This document shows, one piece after another, positions 21,047 through 30,668 of a DNA stretch of 64,000 nucleotides. The notes beneath the pieces are model-generated. The model did no database searches, was not told the origin of the DNA, and was given only the letters and a program-made list of their open reading frames with translations. Position numbers and translations under genes: made by a program. The stretch spans positions 3,392,001 through 3,456,000 of the forward strand of contig OZ241889.1 of the NCBI GenBank assembly GCA_965203355.1, in the 5' to 3' direction. The DNA is from Candidatus Latescibacterota bacterium. Its GTDB lineage: Bacteria > Latescibacterota > UBA2968 > UBA8231. Positions within the stretch are counted from its first letter, which is position 1. Each line of letters opens with the position of its first letter.

Positions 21047-21688
21047 ATGAAACGAAAAGTGAAATACATCGCCTGGGTCCTCGCGCTACTCGGCGGCAGC
21101 GTTTCCGCCGAAGAAGCCGAGTCCCGCCGCGTCATGCTCTTTTTTGGCGATAGCTTGACCGCTGGCTATGGCCTCGACCGCGAACAGGCTTTCCCGGCCT
21201 TGGTACAGGCGCGGATCGATTCGCTCGGCTGGAACTTTGAGGTTTTCAATGCCGGGCTTGGCGGCGAGACTTCGGCCGGTGGCTTGCGCCGCATTGATTG
21301 GCTCTTGCGCCGCCCGATTGACGTTTTCGTCCTCGAGTTGGGGGCCAACGACGGCCTGCGCGGCATAGACCCCAAAGACACCCACGCCAACTTGCAACAA
21401 ATCGTCGAGCGGGTGAAAGCGAAAAATCCCGCCGCGGCCTTGGTCATCGCCGGGATGCAGATGCCACCCAATATGGGCGCGAAATACACCGAGGCGTTTG
21501 CGGCGATTTTTCCGGCGTTGGCCAAAGAAAACGGCGCGGCCTTGATTCCCTTTTTGTTAGAAGGCGTGGCCGACCAGCCCGCGCTGAATCTGCCCGACGG
21601 CAACCATCCCAACGTCGAAGGCCATCGGATTGTCGCCGAAACCGTGTGGGCGACGCTGGGGCCGGTGCTGGAGGCGTTGCGCCGCTAA
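21047..21688 (+). CDS. tesA: SGNH/GDSL arylesterase (TesA-like)
   Basis: GDSLTAG, GGETSAGG, ELGANDG and DGNHPN blocks; next to ybbP/ybbA-like genes. Confidence 0.85.
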   Translation: MKRKVKYIAWVLALLGGSVSAEEAESRRVMLFFGDSLTAGYGLDREQAFPALVQARIDSLGWNFEVFNAGLGGETSAGGLRRIDWLLRRPIDVFVLELGANDGLRGIDPKDTHANLQQIVERVKAKNPAAALVIAGMQMPPNMGAKYTEAFAAIFPALAKENGAALIPFLLEGVADQPALNLPDGNHPNVEGHRIVAETVWATLGPVLEALRR

Positions 21689-24210
21689 CCGAGCGAGCGC
21701 AGGACTTCGAGGGGTGGGCTGCTGTGGACGCCGCGACTGGAGATCATGCCAACGGCGACCGTTAGCAGGCTGACCGCGGCAACGGCGAGGATCAGCGGCA
21801 GGTAATAGGGCGCGAAGCTGATCTCGAAGAGATAGCGGCTCAAAGCCCAGACGCCCCCCAGCGACAAAATCGCCCCGGTCGCCGCCGCAAAAGCTCCCAA
21901 AAACAGATATTCGAGCGCCATGATCGCTACCACTTGGCGGCGGCTGGCTCCCAAGGTCTTGAGCAAGACGCTTTCCTCAATGCGTTGGTAGCGGCTGCTG
22001 GCAATCACGCCGACGAGCACGATCAGGCCAACCGAGACGCTGAAAAAGGCCATAAAGCGCACCACTAGCGCAACCTTGTCGAGGATGGTATCGACCGTGC
22101 TGAGGATGCTGCCGAGATCGATGACCGAGACATTGGGAAACCGCTGCACGGTGGCCTGCTGCAAGGCGGCCATTTGCGCGGTCGTGGCAGCGCGGGTGAC
22201 GAGGACGTGGGATTGCGGTGCGGCTTCGAGGATGCCGGGCGGGAAGACCACCAGAAAGTTGGGCATGATGCGCTGCCAGTTGACTTGGCGCAGGCTGCCG
22301 ACGACCACCTCGATCGGGACGCCTTGGACATCAAAGGTCAGGGAGTCGCCGACGCCAACGTCCAAAGAAGAAGCGACGTTTGTTGCCAAGGAGACGTAGA
22401 GGGTGTCGCCCGCAGGTTGGCTGCGCCACGTGCCGGCGACGATTTCTTCGGTGTTGGTGAGGGAATCGCGGTACGTTGCGCGATACTCGTGCCGCAAGGC
22501 CCAGTTGCCGCGTCGGTCGCTAGCGGTGGTGTCGCGGAGCATGGCGCGGACGGGTTGGCCCTTGACGCTGTGGATGTGCATGGTGACGATGGGCATCTGT
22601 TGCAACAGCGGCAGTTCCATCCCGGCGACGAGGGTGTTCAGCGCTTGGCGCTGGTCGTTTTGGATGTCGAAGAGCACGACGTTGGGATTTTGGTCGGAGC
22701 CGACGCTTTTGATATAGGACAGCAGGTTACTCTGGGTGAGGAAAAGGGTGCTGAGCAGAAAAGTCCCCAGCCCGAGGCCCAACATCAGCAGCGTAGTCTG
22801 GTTGTTGGGCCGGTAGAGATTGGCCAAGCCCTGACGCCAGATATAGCTCCAAGAGGCGGGAAAAAATCGCCGGGTGCCGTAGATGATCGAGCGGGCGGTC
22901 AGCGTTAGGAGCGCAAAAGCGACGCCAACCCCGCCGACAAAGCCGAAAGCCAGCGGCCAGCGGTCGGTGAGCCGGTAGGCAAAAAGCACCGTCGTCAAAA
23001 CGATTCCCAAGTACAAAGCCCAGCGCAGCAGGCCGCTGTCGGCGGGATTGGCGTCTTCAAACGAGGCGCGCAAAGTCAGCAGCGGCGAGGTCTTGTGGAT
23101 GGCCAGCAGGGGCCGAGCAGCAAACAGCAGCGACAGGCTAATGCCGAGGCCGAGGCCCTCCAAGACCGCAAGCCGATCAAAACGCGGCTCGACTTGGAGG
23201 GGCAGCACGTCGGCGAGGACGTTGGGGAGCAGGTAGAGGACCCCGACCCCGAGCAGGACGCCCATGAGCGAGCCGACCAAGCCCATGCCGCCGGCTTGGA
23301 TTAGATAGATCGAGACGGTCTGCCGGGCGGTGGCACCGAGGCTGCGCAGCACCGCAACGGTGGGCAACTTCTGCCGCGTATAGGTGTGAATGGCGCTGGC
23401 CACGCCCACGCCGCCGAGTAGCAGGGCGATAAAGCTGCCGAGGTTTAAGAAGCGATAGAGGTTGTTGAGGGTGCGGCCGAGGCGGGCTTTGCGGCTCTCG
23501 ATGGTTTCGAGCCGGAGGCGGTCGCCTCGGGTGTGCGGCCGGATGGACTTGGCTATCGCTTGGACATCCCGCTCGGGGAAGCGGAAGAATGCGGTGTACG
23601 TGACGCGGCTGCCTCGTTGGATCAGGCGGGTGCGGTCGAGGTAGGACATCGGGATGTAAACGCGCGGTTGGATGTCGCTGAAGAGGGCGTTCTCGCCGGG
23701 TATGCGCAGGAGCCGCCCGCCAATGCAAAAGACCGTGTCGCCGATCTTGATGGAGTCGCCGACCGCCGCGTCAAACTGCAACATGAGGGCGTCGTCAACG
23801 AGGGCGTGAGGCTGGGTGCGGAAGTGCTGCGCGGCTTCGGCCGGTGCCGTTTTTAGCTCGCCGTAAAAGGGGAAAGGGCCGTCAAGGGCGCGGATCTGGG
23901 CGAGGCGGGTACTGTGGGTCTTGGGCAGGTAAATCATGGAATTGAAGGCGATTTGGCGCGCCTGAACCCCGCCGAGCGAGTCCACGAGCGTCTCGGTGGC
24001 GGGCGCGAAGGGCTGGCGGCTCGTCAAGGCCATATCGGCACCTAAGAGCTCGGCGGCTTGTTGGTCCATGGCCTCTTGCAACGTGGAACTGAGGCTGCCC
24101 AAGCCGACGAGCGCACCGATGCCGATGGAGATCGCAGAGGTAAAAAGCAGGAGTTTGCGGTGGTGGCTGCGGCTATCGCGCCAAGCCATTGTACCGAGCC
24201 AAGCCATCAT
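21685..24210 (-). CDS. ybbP: ABC transporter permease, FtsX/YbbP family
   Basis: Two FtsX-like halves (LRSLGAT, LKTLGAS), FPFYGEL, LFDIQ. Confidence 0.8.
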   Translation of the reverse strand: MMAWLGTMAWRDSRSHHRKLLLFTSAISIGIGALVGLGSLSSTLQEAMDQQAAELLGADMALTSRQPFAPATETLVDSLGGVQARQIAFNSMIYLPKTHSTRLAQIRALDGPFPFYGELKTAPAEAAQHFRTQPHALVDDALMLQFDAAVGDSIKIGDTVFCIGGRLLRIPGENALFSDIQPRVYIPMSYLDRTRLIQRGSRVTYTAFFRFPERDVQAIAKSIRPHTRGDRLRLETIESRKARLGRTLNNLYRFLNLGSFIALLLGGVGVASAIHTYTRQKLPTVAVLRSLGATARQTVSIYLIQAGGMGLVGSLMGVLLGVGVLYLLPNVLADVLPLQVEPRFDRLAVLEGLGLGISLSLLFAARPLLAIHKTSPLLTLRASFEDANPADSGLLRWALYLGIVLTTVLFAYRLTDRWPLAFGFVGGVGVAFALLTLTARSIIYGTRRFFPASWSYIWRQGLANLYRPNNQTTLLMLGLGLGTFLLSTLFLTQSNLLSYIKSVGSDQNPNVVLFDIQNDQRQALNTLVAGMELPLLQQMPIVTMHIHSVKGQPVRAMLRDTTASDRRGNWALRHEYRATYRDSLTNTEEIVAGTWRSQPAGDTLYVSLATNVASSLDVGVGDSLTFDVQGVPIEVVVGSLRQVNWQRIMPNFLVVFPPGILEAAPQSHVLVTRAATTAQMAALQQATVQRFPNVSVIDLGSILSTVDTILDKVALVVRFMAFFSVSVGLIVLVGVIASSRYQRIEESVLLKTLGASRRQVVAIMALEYLFLGAFAAATGAILSLGGVWALSRYLFEISFAPYYLPLILAVAAVSLLTVAVGMISSRGVHSSPPLEVLRSLG

Positions 24211-24896
24211 GGGATTAGCTGATCGTCGGCGACTCGGCCGCCTTGGAGGCGGATGATGCGCTGGGTGAGGCGGGCCAGTGTCTGGTCGTGGGTGACCAAA
24301 ATTAGGGTGGCCTTGGATTCTTGGTTGAGGCTAAAGAGCAAGTCCCGCACTTTGCCGCTGGTGCCGTCGTCGAGGTTGCCGGTAGGCTCGTCGGCAAAGA
24401 GGAGGGCCGGGCGGTTGACAAAGGCCCGCGCCAGCGCCACGCGCTGCTGCTCGCCTCCTGAAAGCTGCGCTGGGTAATGGTGCAGCCGGTCGCCTAAGCC
24501 CACTCGGTCGAGGAGGTCGCGGGCGCGCTCGCGGGCGGCTGGCTCGCGGCGCAATTCGAGCGGCACCATGGCGTTTTCGAGGGCGCTGAGGGTGGGGATG
24601 AGCTGGAAGTTTTGGAAAACGAAGCCGACTTTTGCGCTGCGGAGGTGTGCGCGTTGGTCTTCGTCGAGACGGCCTAAATCCACCCCGTCGAGCGCGACCG
24701 ATCCCGAACTCGCGCGATCCAAGCCCGCGCACAATCCGAGCAGCGTGGTTTTGCCGCTGCCCGAAGGGCCGACGACCGCGCAGGTCGATCCGGTTGCGAG
24801 GGCGAAACTCACATCGTCGAGGACGGTCAGGGCGTTTGCGCCGGTGCCGTAGGTTTTGGTTAGGTGTTGGACGTTTAGGGCTATTGGGTCGCCCAT
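24207..24896 (-). CDS. ybbA: ABC transporter ATP-binding protein, YbbA/LolD-like
   Basis: GPSGSGKTT, LSGGEQQRVALARA, FADEPTGNLD. Confidence 0.85.
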   Translation of the reverse strand: MGDPIALNVQHLTKTYGTGANALTVLDDVSFALATGSTCAVVGPSGSGKTTLLGLCAGLDRASSGSVALDGVDLGRLDEDQRAHLRSAKVGFVFQNFQLIPTLSALENAMVPLELRREPAARERARDLLDRVGLGDRLHHYPAQLSGGEQQRVALARAFVNRPALLFADEPTGNLDDGTSGKVRDLLFSLNQESKATLILVTHDQTLARLTQRIIRLQGGRVADDQLIP

Positions 24897-25792
24897 GATG
24901 CCTCCTCTGTGGACTGGCGGTTTAGGATGCGTAACAAGCGGTCGGGATAGTCGGTGATTAGGCCATCGACGCCCAGGGCTAGGTAGTGCTGCATGGCGGC
25001 GGGATCGTTGATGGTCCAGACGTGGACGTGGACGTTGTGGGCATGGGCGCGGGCGATGAAACGCTGGTCTATCAGATCGATTTTGCCCAACCGGGCCGGG
25101 AACTGAAAGGCTTGGCTTACCGGGTGGTACGCGGCGTCGAGCCGCAGCCAGTGGAGCAAGATAAAGGACATGCCCGCCGATGCAGCAGCCGAAGTCGCCA
25201 CTTCGGGGCAAGCTTGGCGCAAGTGCGCTAAAGGGCGGCTGTGAAAGGAAGCGGCGATGACGCGCTCGCTTAATTCAAAGCGGCGGATCGTTCCGCAGAA
25301 GTCGCGTGCTAGCGCAGCGGAATCGTCCTTGATTTCGATGAGAAAGCGCGTGTTGGGAAAAGCGGTGAACACCTCGGCGAGCGTGGGGATTGCGACCCCT
25401 TGGCCGCGATAGGGAAAGGTTTGGCCGCTTGGACTGAAGTGGTAGCCCGCGTCTAACTGCTTCAACTGGGCGAGGCTCAAGCTATCGGCCGCGCCTTGGC
25501 CGTTGGTCGTGCGGTCAACGCGCCGGTCGTGCAGGACGATGAGCGCGCCGTCGCGGCTTTGGCGCAAGTCCATTTCTAGCACATCGACGCCCAAGGCGAC
25601 CGAGCGGGCAAAGGCCGTTAGGGTGTTTTCCGGTGCCAGCCCCTTGCCGCCGCGGTGTGCAATGACCAAAACGTCCCCGGTCTCAAAGTAGGGATGCGGC
25701 TCTACCGGGTGCGATGTTAGGGCGAAGGCACCGTACAACACTCCGGCTAAAAGCAGCAAGGCGAGCAAGGCCCGCTTGAGGAATACGCGCAT
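24881..25792 (-). CDS. Glycerophosphodiester phosphodiesterase
   Basis: IAHRGG..PENT, EMD, HD, WTIND, ITDYPD; N-terminal TM segment. Confidence 0.9.
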   Translation of the reverse strand: MRVFLKRALLALLLLAGVLYGAFALTSHPVEPHPYFETGDVLVIAHRGGKGLAPENTLTAFARSVALGVDVLEMDLRQSRDGALIVLHDRRVDRTTNGQGAADSLSLAQLKQLDAGYHFSPSGQTFPYRGQGVAIPTLAEVFTAFPNTRFLIEIKDDSAALARDFCGTIRRFELSERVIAASFHSRPLAHLRQACPEVATSAAASAGMSFILLHWLRLDAAYHPVSQAFQFPARLGKIDLIDQRFIARAHAHNVHVHVWTINDPAAMQHYLALGVDGLITDYPDRLLRILNRQSTEEASWATQ

Positions 25793-25901
25793 GGGTGGTG
25801 TCGGGGTTCTTTCGGGGAGTTCGCAAGAATATATTAGGTGGCTGGTTACGAGCAAGTTTTGAACGGTCCGTTTTTTCATAGACAATGGAAAGGAGTCGGC
25901 G

Positions 25902-26066
25902 ATGCGCCTATTGACCACGGATGGGGATCGGATTTCTCGTGCGAGCACTGGTTGGAAAACGCGACCTATTCAGCACTTGGCGGTGTTCACCGAAGAATTG
26001 GGGCTGAGTGTGGCTGAACAGGAGCAAGTGTTGGGGGCGACAGCTAGGCGGCTGTTTTTTAATTGA
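25902..26066 (+). pseudogene. Amidohydrolase remnant (internally deleted, frameshifted)
   Basis: AAGGAG RBS and ATG followed soon after by WGSDFSCEHW in one frame and ...EQEQVLGATARRLFF* in another, typical of an amidohydrolase C-terminus. Confidence 0.55.
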
Positions 26067-26100
26067 CAAGTCTTTACTGAAAGCCTAAATAAGTTATAAT
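26063..26100 (+). promoter_or_regulatory. Putative sigma70 promoter for the poly-C leader
   Basis: TTGACA at 26063 with TAAATA 17 bp downstream; also TATAAT at 26095. Confidence 0.55.
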
Positions 26101-26406
26101 TCACAGCGGCGGAGATACAAAACCCCGCGGCTTGCGGCACGCTCAGGCGGATTAACAGGACATGGGCACAGCGTCAATATCACAAAGAATACCATCGCTG
26201 GGATCGGTGCCTTGTTCTACGCTTGCAATAACGCCGAGGCTTTATCGTCATAAATCGTTAAAAAACAATGATTTACCCCCCCCCCCCAACTCCGATTTCT
26301 TGGGCATTAAGCTCTAGCATTCATCAGCTTATTCTCCTCCCGCCCCTTCCTAAGCAGAAGCGGGAAGAGGTATTGCTCTGCTCTGCCGCATCGGCAAGGC
26401 ACCCGC
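26098..26406 (+). repeat. Conserved leader element with C12 tract (copy 1)
   Basis: Aligns by eye to the reverse complement of 40548-40881 (shared GGATTAACAGGACATGGGCACA, GGTGCCTTGTTCTACGCTTGC, TTTCTTGGGCATTAAG). Confidence 0.9.
26162..26317 (+). CDS. Putative leader peptide (51 aa) spanning the poly-C tract
   Basis: Hand translation MGTASISQRIPSLGSVPCSTLAITPRLYRHKSLKNNDLPPPPNSDFLGIKL*; homologous ORF at 40645-40800 differs by an in-frame 12-nt indel. RBS spacing is poor. Confidence 0.55.
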   Translation: MGTASISQRIPSLGSVPCSTLAITPRLYRHKSLKNNDLPPPPNSDFLGIKL

Positions 26407-26485
26407 GGAGACATACCAAAAACGCACCGAGACAACTTGAGACTTCAAAATGTAGCACTACCCGGCATCGAGTTAGGTTGACACA

Positions 26486-28486
26486 ATGAAGGCTCTCACC
26501 TTTGCCGAGGAACTCTGCCTGCTCTTACAGGACGACGCCTTGGGTCAACTCCATCCGCTCGAGGGGCGGACCTTGGCCTTCGGCCTTGCGACCGCGACGT
26601 TGCTGGAGCTGGCTCAGCATGATCGCATAGACACCGATCTGGCCCATCTTCAGCTTATTGACCCGACGCCGCTGGGCGATCCCATCGCTGATCCCGCCTT
26701 GGCCCTGATCGCGGGAAACTCGGAGACTAACACTCCCCAATACTGGATTCGCCGCCTAGGGTTGCAGTTGGGCCCGCAGATACTTGACGCGGCCCGAGAA
26801 CGCCTATGCGAGCGGGGCATTCTGGAACGGGACCCGGGCGACCACTTCTTCTTGGCCCCGGCTGTGGCGCACGCGAAGCGCTATCCCGGCGTGCCGGGCG
26901 ACAGCGCGGAAGAGGTTCAGGTGCGCGTCATGCGGATTCTCTTCAACGAGGATGTCCCCCAACCGTGGGAGGCCGACCTGATCGGTCTCGCCGCTGCCTG
27001 CCGCGCATTCGAGAAGGTGCTGAGCGCCCGGGAACTCGACCGGGTGGGCGCCCGGATTGAGGCGGTGAAGTCGCTGAATCTCCTGTGCCGGGCGGGCCGT
27101 ATCGCCATCGACGAGGACTTGGCGGCCAGCCGGACCGCTCCCGATCTGCAGTACAAGCCGATTCCCAAGGTGCCCGGATTGCCGTTGATCGGCAACGCCC
27201 TCGGCATGACTGGCGACCTGAACGATTTCTTTACCAAGCTTCATCGGCGACACGGGCCGATCTTTCGCATTCGGTTGCCGGGTCGTCGCGTCGTCGTCTT
27301 GGCCGGCCGGGAGGCGAATGCTTTCGTACTTCAGCATGCGCGTACGCACTTGCGCTCAAACCGGGAGTTCAGCGAGTTCTGCCGGGCCATGGAGACCGAT
27401 CGCGCCCTGATATCAATGGACGGTGCCGATCACGTCAAGCTCAGGCGCGTGGCTCAGGCCGGCTACTCAAGGGCGGTCATTGAGCGAGACATAGGTCAGG
27501 CGATAGAAATAGCCCGGCGCCATGTGACCTCTTGGCCAGTGGGACAGCGGCTGCGGGCGTTCGAGACCATACAGCGGATCGTAACCGAGCAGGTAGGCAT
27601 CTTGGCAACCGGCCTGTCGCCGCGCGACTACATCGATGATCTCAAGTACTACTTCGATACGTTGGTTTTGACCGTCCGACGCGACCGTCCTCGGTTCATG
27701 TACGCGCACCGCATGCCTCGGGTTAGGGGCCGGATACGGGCGCTCTGCCAGCAGGTGATTGAGCTGCACGACCCCGACCTGCGGAAGGGGTGTCCACGCG
27801 ACGTCATCGACGCCTTTCTGGAGTTGCACCGCCAAGATCCGCAATTCCTGCCCGAAACCGACCTCATGTCCGCCGTGGTCGGGCCGTACATTGCCGCCGT
27901 GGATACTGTGGCTGGGACGTTGGGTTTTGCCGTTCTGCGTCTGCTCTCCGAGCCCAAGTACCTAGCGATACTTAGGGCCGAGGCGGATGCGCTCTTCGCC
28001 AACGGTATGCCCGACGCCCAGGACGTTCGCGCCCTGGTGAACACCCATGCCTTCGTGACCGAGGCACTTCGCTGTTACCCGACCGTGCCGGCAATGGTTC
28101 GCACCGTTTGCAATGGCTTTGAGTTCCAAGGGCACTACGTTCCCGCCGGAACCACGATCATGGTAGCGACCACGGTGGTTCACAAAGATCCCGAGTATTA
28201 CCCGGACCCCGACCGTTTTGAGCTCGAACGGCACCTGCCGCCCCGGACGGAATCAAAGCAGAAGGGTGCGTTTGCTCCGTTCGGCATCGGGCCGCACACC
28301 TGCCTAGGCGGAGCATTCGGTCAAGTGCAGATGGCGACGGTCATCGCCACGATGCTGCGCTACGGAGCGTTTGAGTGCGACCCCGCGCCCGAGAATGGCG
28401 TGATCCGGGCTACGGGCTATCCTTCATATCGTCCGCACCGCAAGGTCGGATTCCGTCTCGTTAGCCGCAGAAACGAAGGGGGTTGA
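26486..28486 (+). CDS. GPP34 (GOLPH3-like) domain fused to cytochrome P450
   Basis: N-terminal LTFAEELCLLL...LLELA...DPTPLGDP...L.ERGIL (GPP34-like); P450 I-helix AAVDT, EALR, heme motif FGIGPHTCLG. Confidence 0.85.
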   Translation: MKALTFAEELCLLLQDDALGQLHPLEGRTLAFGLATATLLELAQHDRIDTDLAHLQLIDPTPLGDPIADPALALIAGNSETNTPQYWIRRLGLQLGPQILDAARERLCERGILERDPGDHFFLAPAVAHAKRYPGVPGDSAEEVQVRVMRILFNEDVPQPWEADLIGLAAACRAFEKVLSARELDRVGARIEAVKSLNLLCRAGRIAIDEDLAASRTAPDLQYKPIPKVPGLPLIGNALGMTGDLNDFFTKLHRRHGPIFRIRLPGRRVVVLAGREANAFVLQHARTHLRSNREFSEFCRAMETDRALISMDGADHVKLRRVAQAGYSRAVIERDIGQAIEIARRHVTSWPVGQRLRAFETIQRIVTEQVGILATGLSPRDYIDDLKYYFDTLVLTVRRDRPRFMYAHRMPRVRGRIRALCQQVIELHDPDLRKGCPRDVIDAFLELHRQDPQFLPETDLMSAVVGPYIAAVDTVAGTLGFAVLRLLSEPKYLAILRAEADALFANGMPDAQDVRALVNTHAFVTEALRCYPTVPAMVRTVCNGFEFQGHYVPAGTTIMVATTVVHKDPEYYPDPDRFELERHLPPRTESKQKGAFAPFGIGPHTCLGGAFGQVQMATVIATMLRYGAFECDPAPENGVIRATGYPSYRPHRKVGFRLVSRRNEGG

Positions 28487-28555
28487 GTCTCCCTCGGTGG
28501 CTTGACGATGCGCGGGCGGGATTGAATCGGTCCATGTGCGTGGGAGGCTAATACT

Positions 28556-29662
28556 ATGGCTCGATCAGAAGAGTTCAATCCGATGTCGATGGCGCCTTTG
28601 CGCGTTTGGTGCCGGCTTCTCGCCAAGGTGGGCGGCGTGAAGCATCCCTACCGGGCCAGGCTCAGGCAGGCACTCATCACCAGTCTGATTACGGCCGTTC
28701 CACGCTGGCTGGAATGGGGTTTATACGGCCTGCCGGTCGCGCGGACCCGAATCACCAAGCCCCCCATTATCATCCTCGGCTTTCCGCGCTCGGGCACGAC
28801 TTTCCTCCACAACCTCTTGGCACACGACCCGGACTTAGGATATTGTTCCAACTATCAGGCCGCGATCCCATTCTGCCTGATTGGCGGGGAGCGCTTAAAG
28901 AGGAAGTTGGCGTCCCGGGTGCCCCAAAACCGGGGCATCGACAACATGGCGGCCGATATGGATCTGCCTCAGGAAGAGGTCTTCGCGCACGCGATGCATT
29001 CGCACCGTTCAGTCACACACGCATTCACCTTTCCCTCGCTGACGGAAGAACTGGGCCGGAAGTACGTGCTCATGGAGGCCAGCGACGCCGAGGTGCGTGC
29101 GTGGCGCAGGGGCTACATGAAGGTTGTGAAAAAGGCGACCTACATGCACGGTGGCAGGCGCGTCGTACAGAAGGCCACCCCAAATCTGGGGCGACTCCCC
29201 CAGATCATGGAGATGTTTCCGGGAGCCTACTACATACACATCGTTCGCAATCCCTACGATCTGTATCCGTCGTACATGCACATGCTGTCCACGCTGACTA
29301 AGTCGTACACTATGGAAGAATACGATCCGGCCGAGTTGGAGGCCGGGGCCGTCCGCATGTACCAGCGAATCATGCAGAACTACCTGAGGGACAGGTCATC
29401 TATTCCGCCCGACCGGTTCATCGAGATGCGTTTCGAGGATTTGCGTCGGGATCCAATGGGGGAGATTGGTCGGATTTACCGGAGCTTCGGCTTCGACTGG
29501 GAGAGAGCCGAAGCTCCGATCGCGGACTACGTCGCCACGCTGTCGTCGTACAAGCAGAACCAGTACGATCCCGATCCCCGCGTCCGCGAACAGGTCGATG
29601 CACACTGGAGGTTCGCGGTCGATGAGTGGAACTATGGCTCGCCGCCACCCGAGACCCCGTAG
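28556..29662 (+). CDS. PAPS-dependent sulfotransferase (Stf3-like)
   Basis: 5'-PSB motif GFPRSGTTFLHNLL; 3'-PB motif IHIVRNPYDLYPS. Confidence 0.9.
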   Translation: MARSEEFNPMSMAPLRVWCRLLAKVGGVKHPYRARLRQALITSLITAVPRWLEWGLYGLPVARTRITKPPIIILGFPRSGTTFLHNLLAHDPDLGYCSNYQAAIPFCLIGGERLKRKLASRVPQNRGIDNMAADMDLPQEEVFAHAMHSHRSVTHAFTFPSLTEELGRKYVLMEASDAEVRAWRRGYMKVVKKATYMHGGRRVVQKATPNLGRLPQIMEMFPGAYYIHIVRNPYDLYPSYMHMLSTLTKSYTMEEYDPAELEAGAVRMYQRIMQNYLRDRSSIPPDRFIEMRFEDLRRDPMGEIGRIYRSFGFDWERAEAPIADYVATLSSYKQNQYDPDPRVREQVDAHWRFAVDEWNYGSPPPETP

Positions 29663-29721
29663 CATACCATGTTGTTCCTCCCGAAAGGGCAGGCCGGGGA
29701 AGCACTCGAGAGCGGCCTGAT

Positions 29722-30573
29722 ATGAGCGTGGTGGTAGTCATTGGCTCGGCGACGATTGACCGCGTGGTGCAAGAAGGCATAAGCGCGTGCAAACGCGGGG
29801 GGGTGGTTGCGTATGCTGGGTTGACCTTTGCCGAGTTGGGCGTGGAGACGCGGATATTGACCAACATCGCCGCGGCTGACCGGGCGATGCTGGCGGCGTT
29901 GCAGCAGCGGGGTATTGCCGTCTATGTGGGCGAGAGCGCGGCGACGACCTGTTTTGTCAACTACGTGGATGGCGACGCACGGCATCAGGCGTTGCTCGCT
30001 TGTGCCGCGCCGATTGCCGCAGCGCAACTCGGGCCGGTGCTCGCCGGCGCGACGCACGTGCATTTGGGGCCGCTCCACCCGCGCGATCTGGCCGAGGATA
30101 TGCTGACGGCGATAGACGGCGTGGTGAGCTTGGACATCCAGGGCTATGTGCGGCGGATTGAGGGGACGCAGGTGTGCCAAGGGGTTGCTGACGATCTGTA
30201 TGCCGCTCTGCAATGCGCGGACTATGTCAAAACTTCCAATGATGAATTAGAACTCGTGCTCGCCGATTGCGGCCTGACGCTAGATCGGTTGATGCGCGAG
30301 TACTCGGTGGCAGAGTGGATCGTCACCGAAGGTTCGCACGGCGGCTGGGTGGCAAATCGGCCGGGACAACGGACGAAGTTTGCGTCGGCTCCGGTGGCGA
30401 TGGTGGCCGATCCAACCGGGGCTGGAGACGTGTTTTTCGCCGCGTATTTGGCGCATCGGTTGCATCGAGGCGTGGGGATTGATACGGCCGCTCAACGTGC
30501 GGCGGCGTTGGCTGCGCGCCAAGTGGAGGGTGGGTTTATCGACGAGGTGACGTTGCGTTTGGAAGGGGAGTGA
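29722..30573 (+). CDS. PfkB family carbohydrate kinase
   Basis: GGVVAYA, VSLDIQG, DPTGAGDVF. Confidence 0.85.
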   Translation: MSVVVVIGSATIDRVVQEGISACKRGGVVAYAGLTFAELGVETRILTNIAAADRAMLAALQQRGIAVYVGESAATTCFVNYVDGDARHQALLACAAPIAAAQLGPVLAGATHVHLGPLHPRDLAEDMLTAIDGVVSLDIQGYVRRIEGTQVCQGVADDLYAALQCADYVKTSNDELELVLADCGLTLDRLMREYSVAEWIVTEGSHGGWVANRPGQRTKFASAPVAMVADPTGAGDVFFAAYLAHRLHRGVGIDTAAQRAAALAARQVEGGFIDEVTLRLEGE

Positions 30574-30575
30574 AA

Positions 30576-30668
30576 TGTTATCGAGAGGAGGATGCAGTGA
30601 TCAGGATTATTTCAGCTCGGAAGGCTAACAGAAACGAACAGCGAGAATACGAAGGATTCATGGGATGA
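30576..30668 (+). pseudogene. brnT: BrnT toxin C-terminal fragment
   Basis: Reads CYREEDAVIRIISARKANRNEQREY...*, has no start codon or N-terminal half, and overlaps the BrnA start. Confidence 0.75.
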
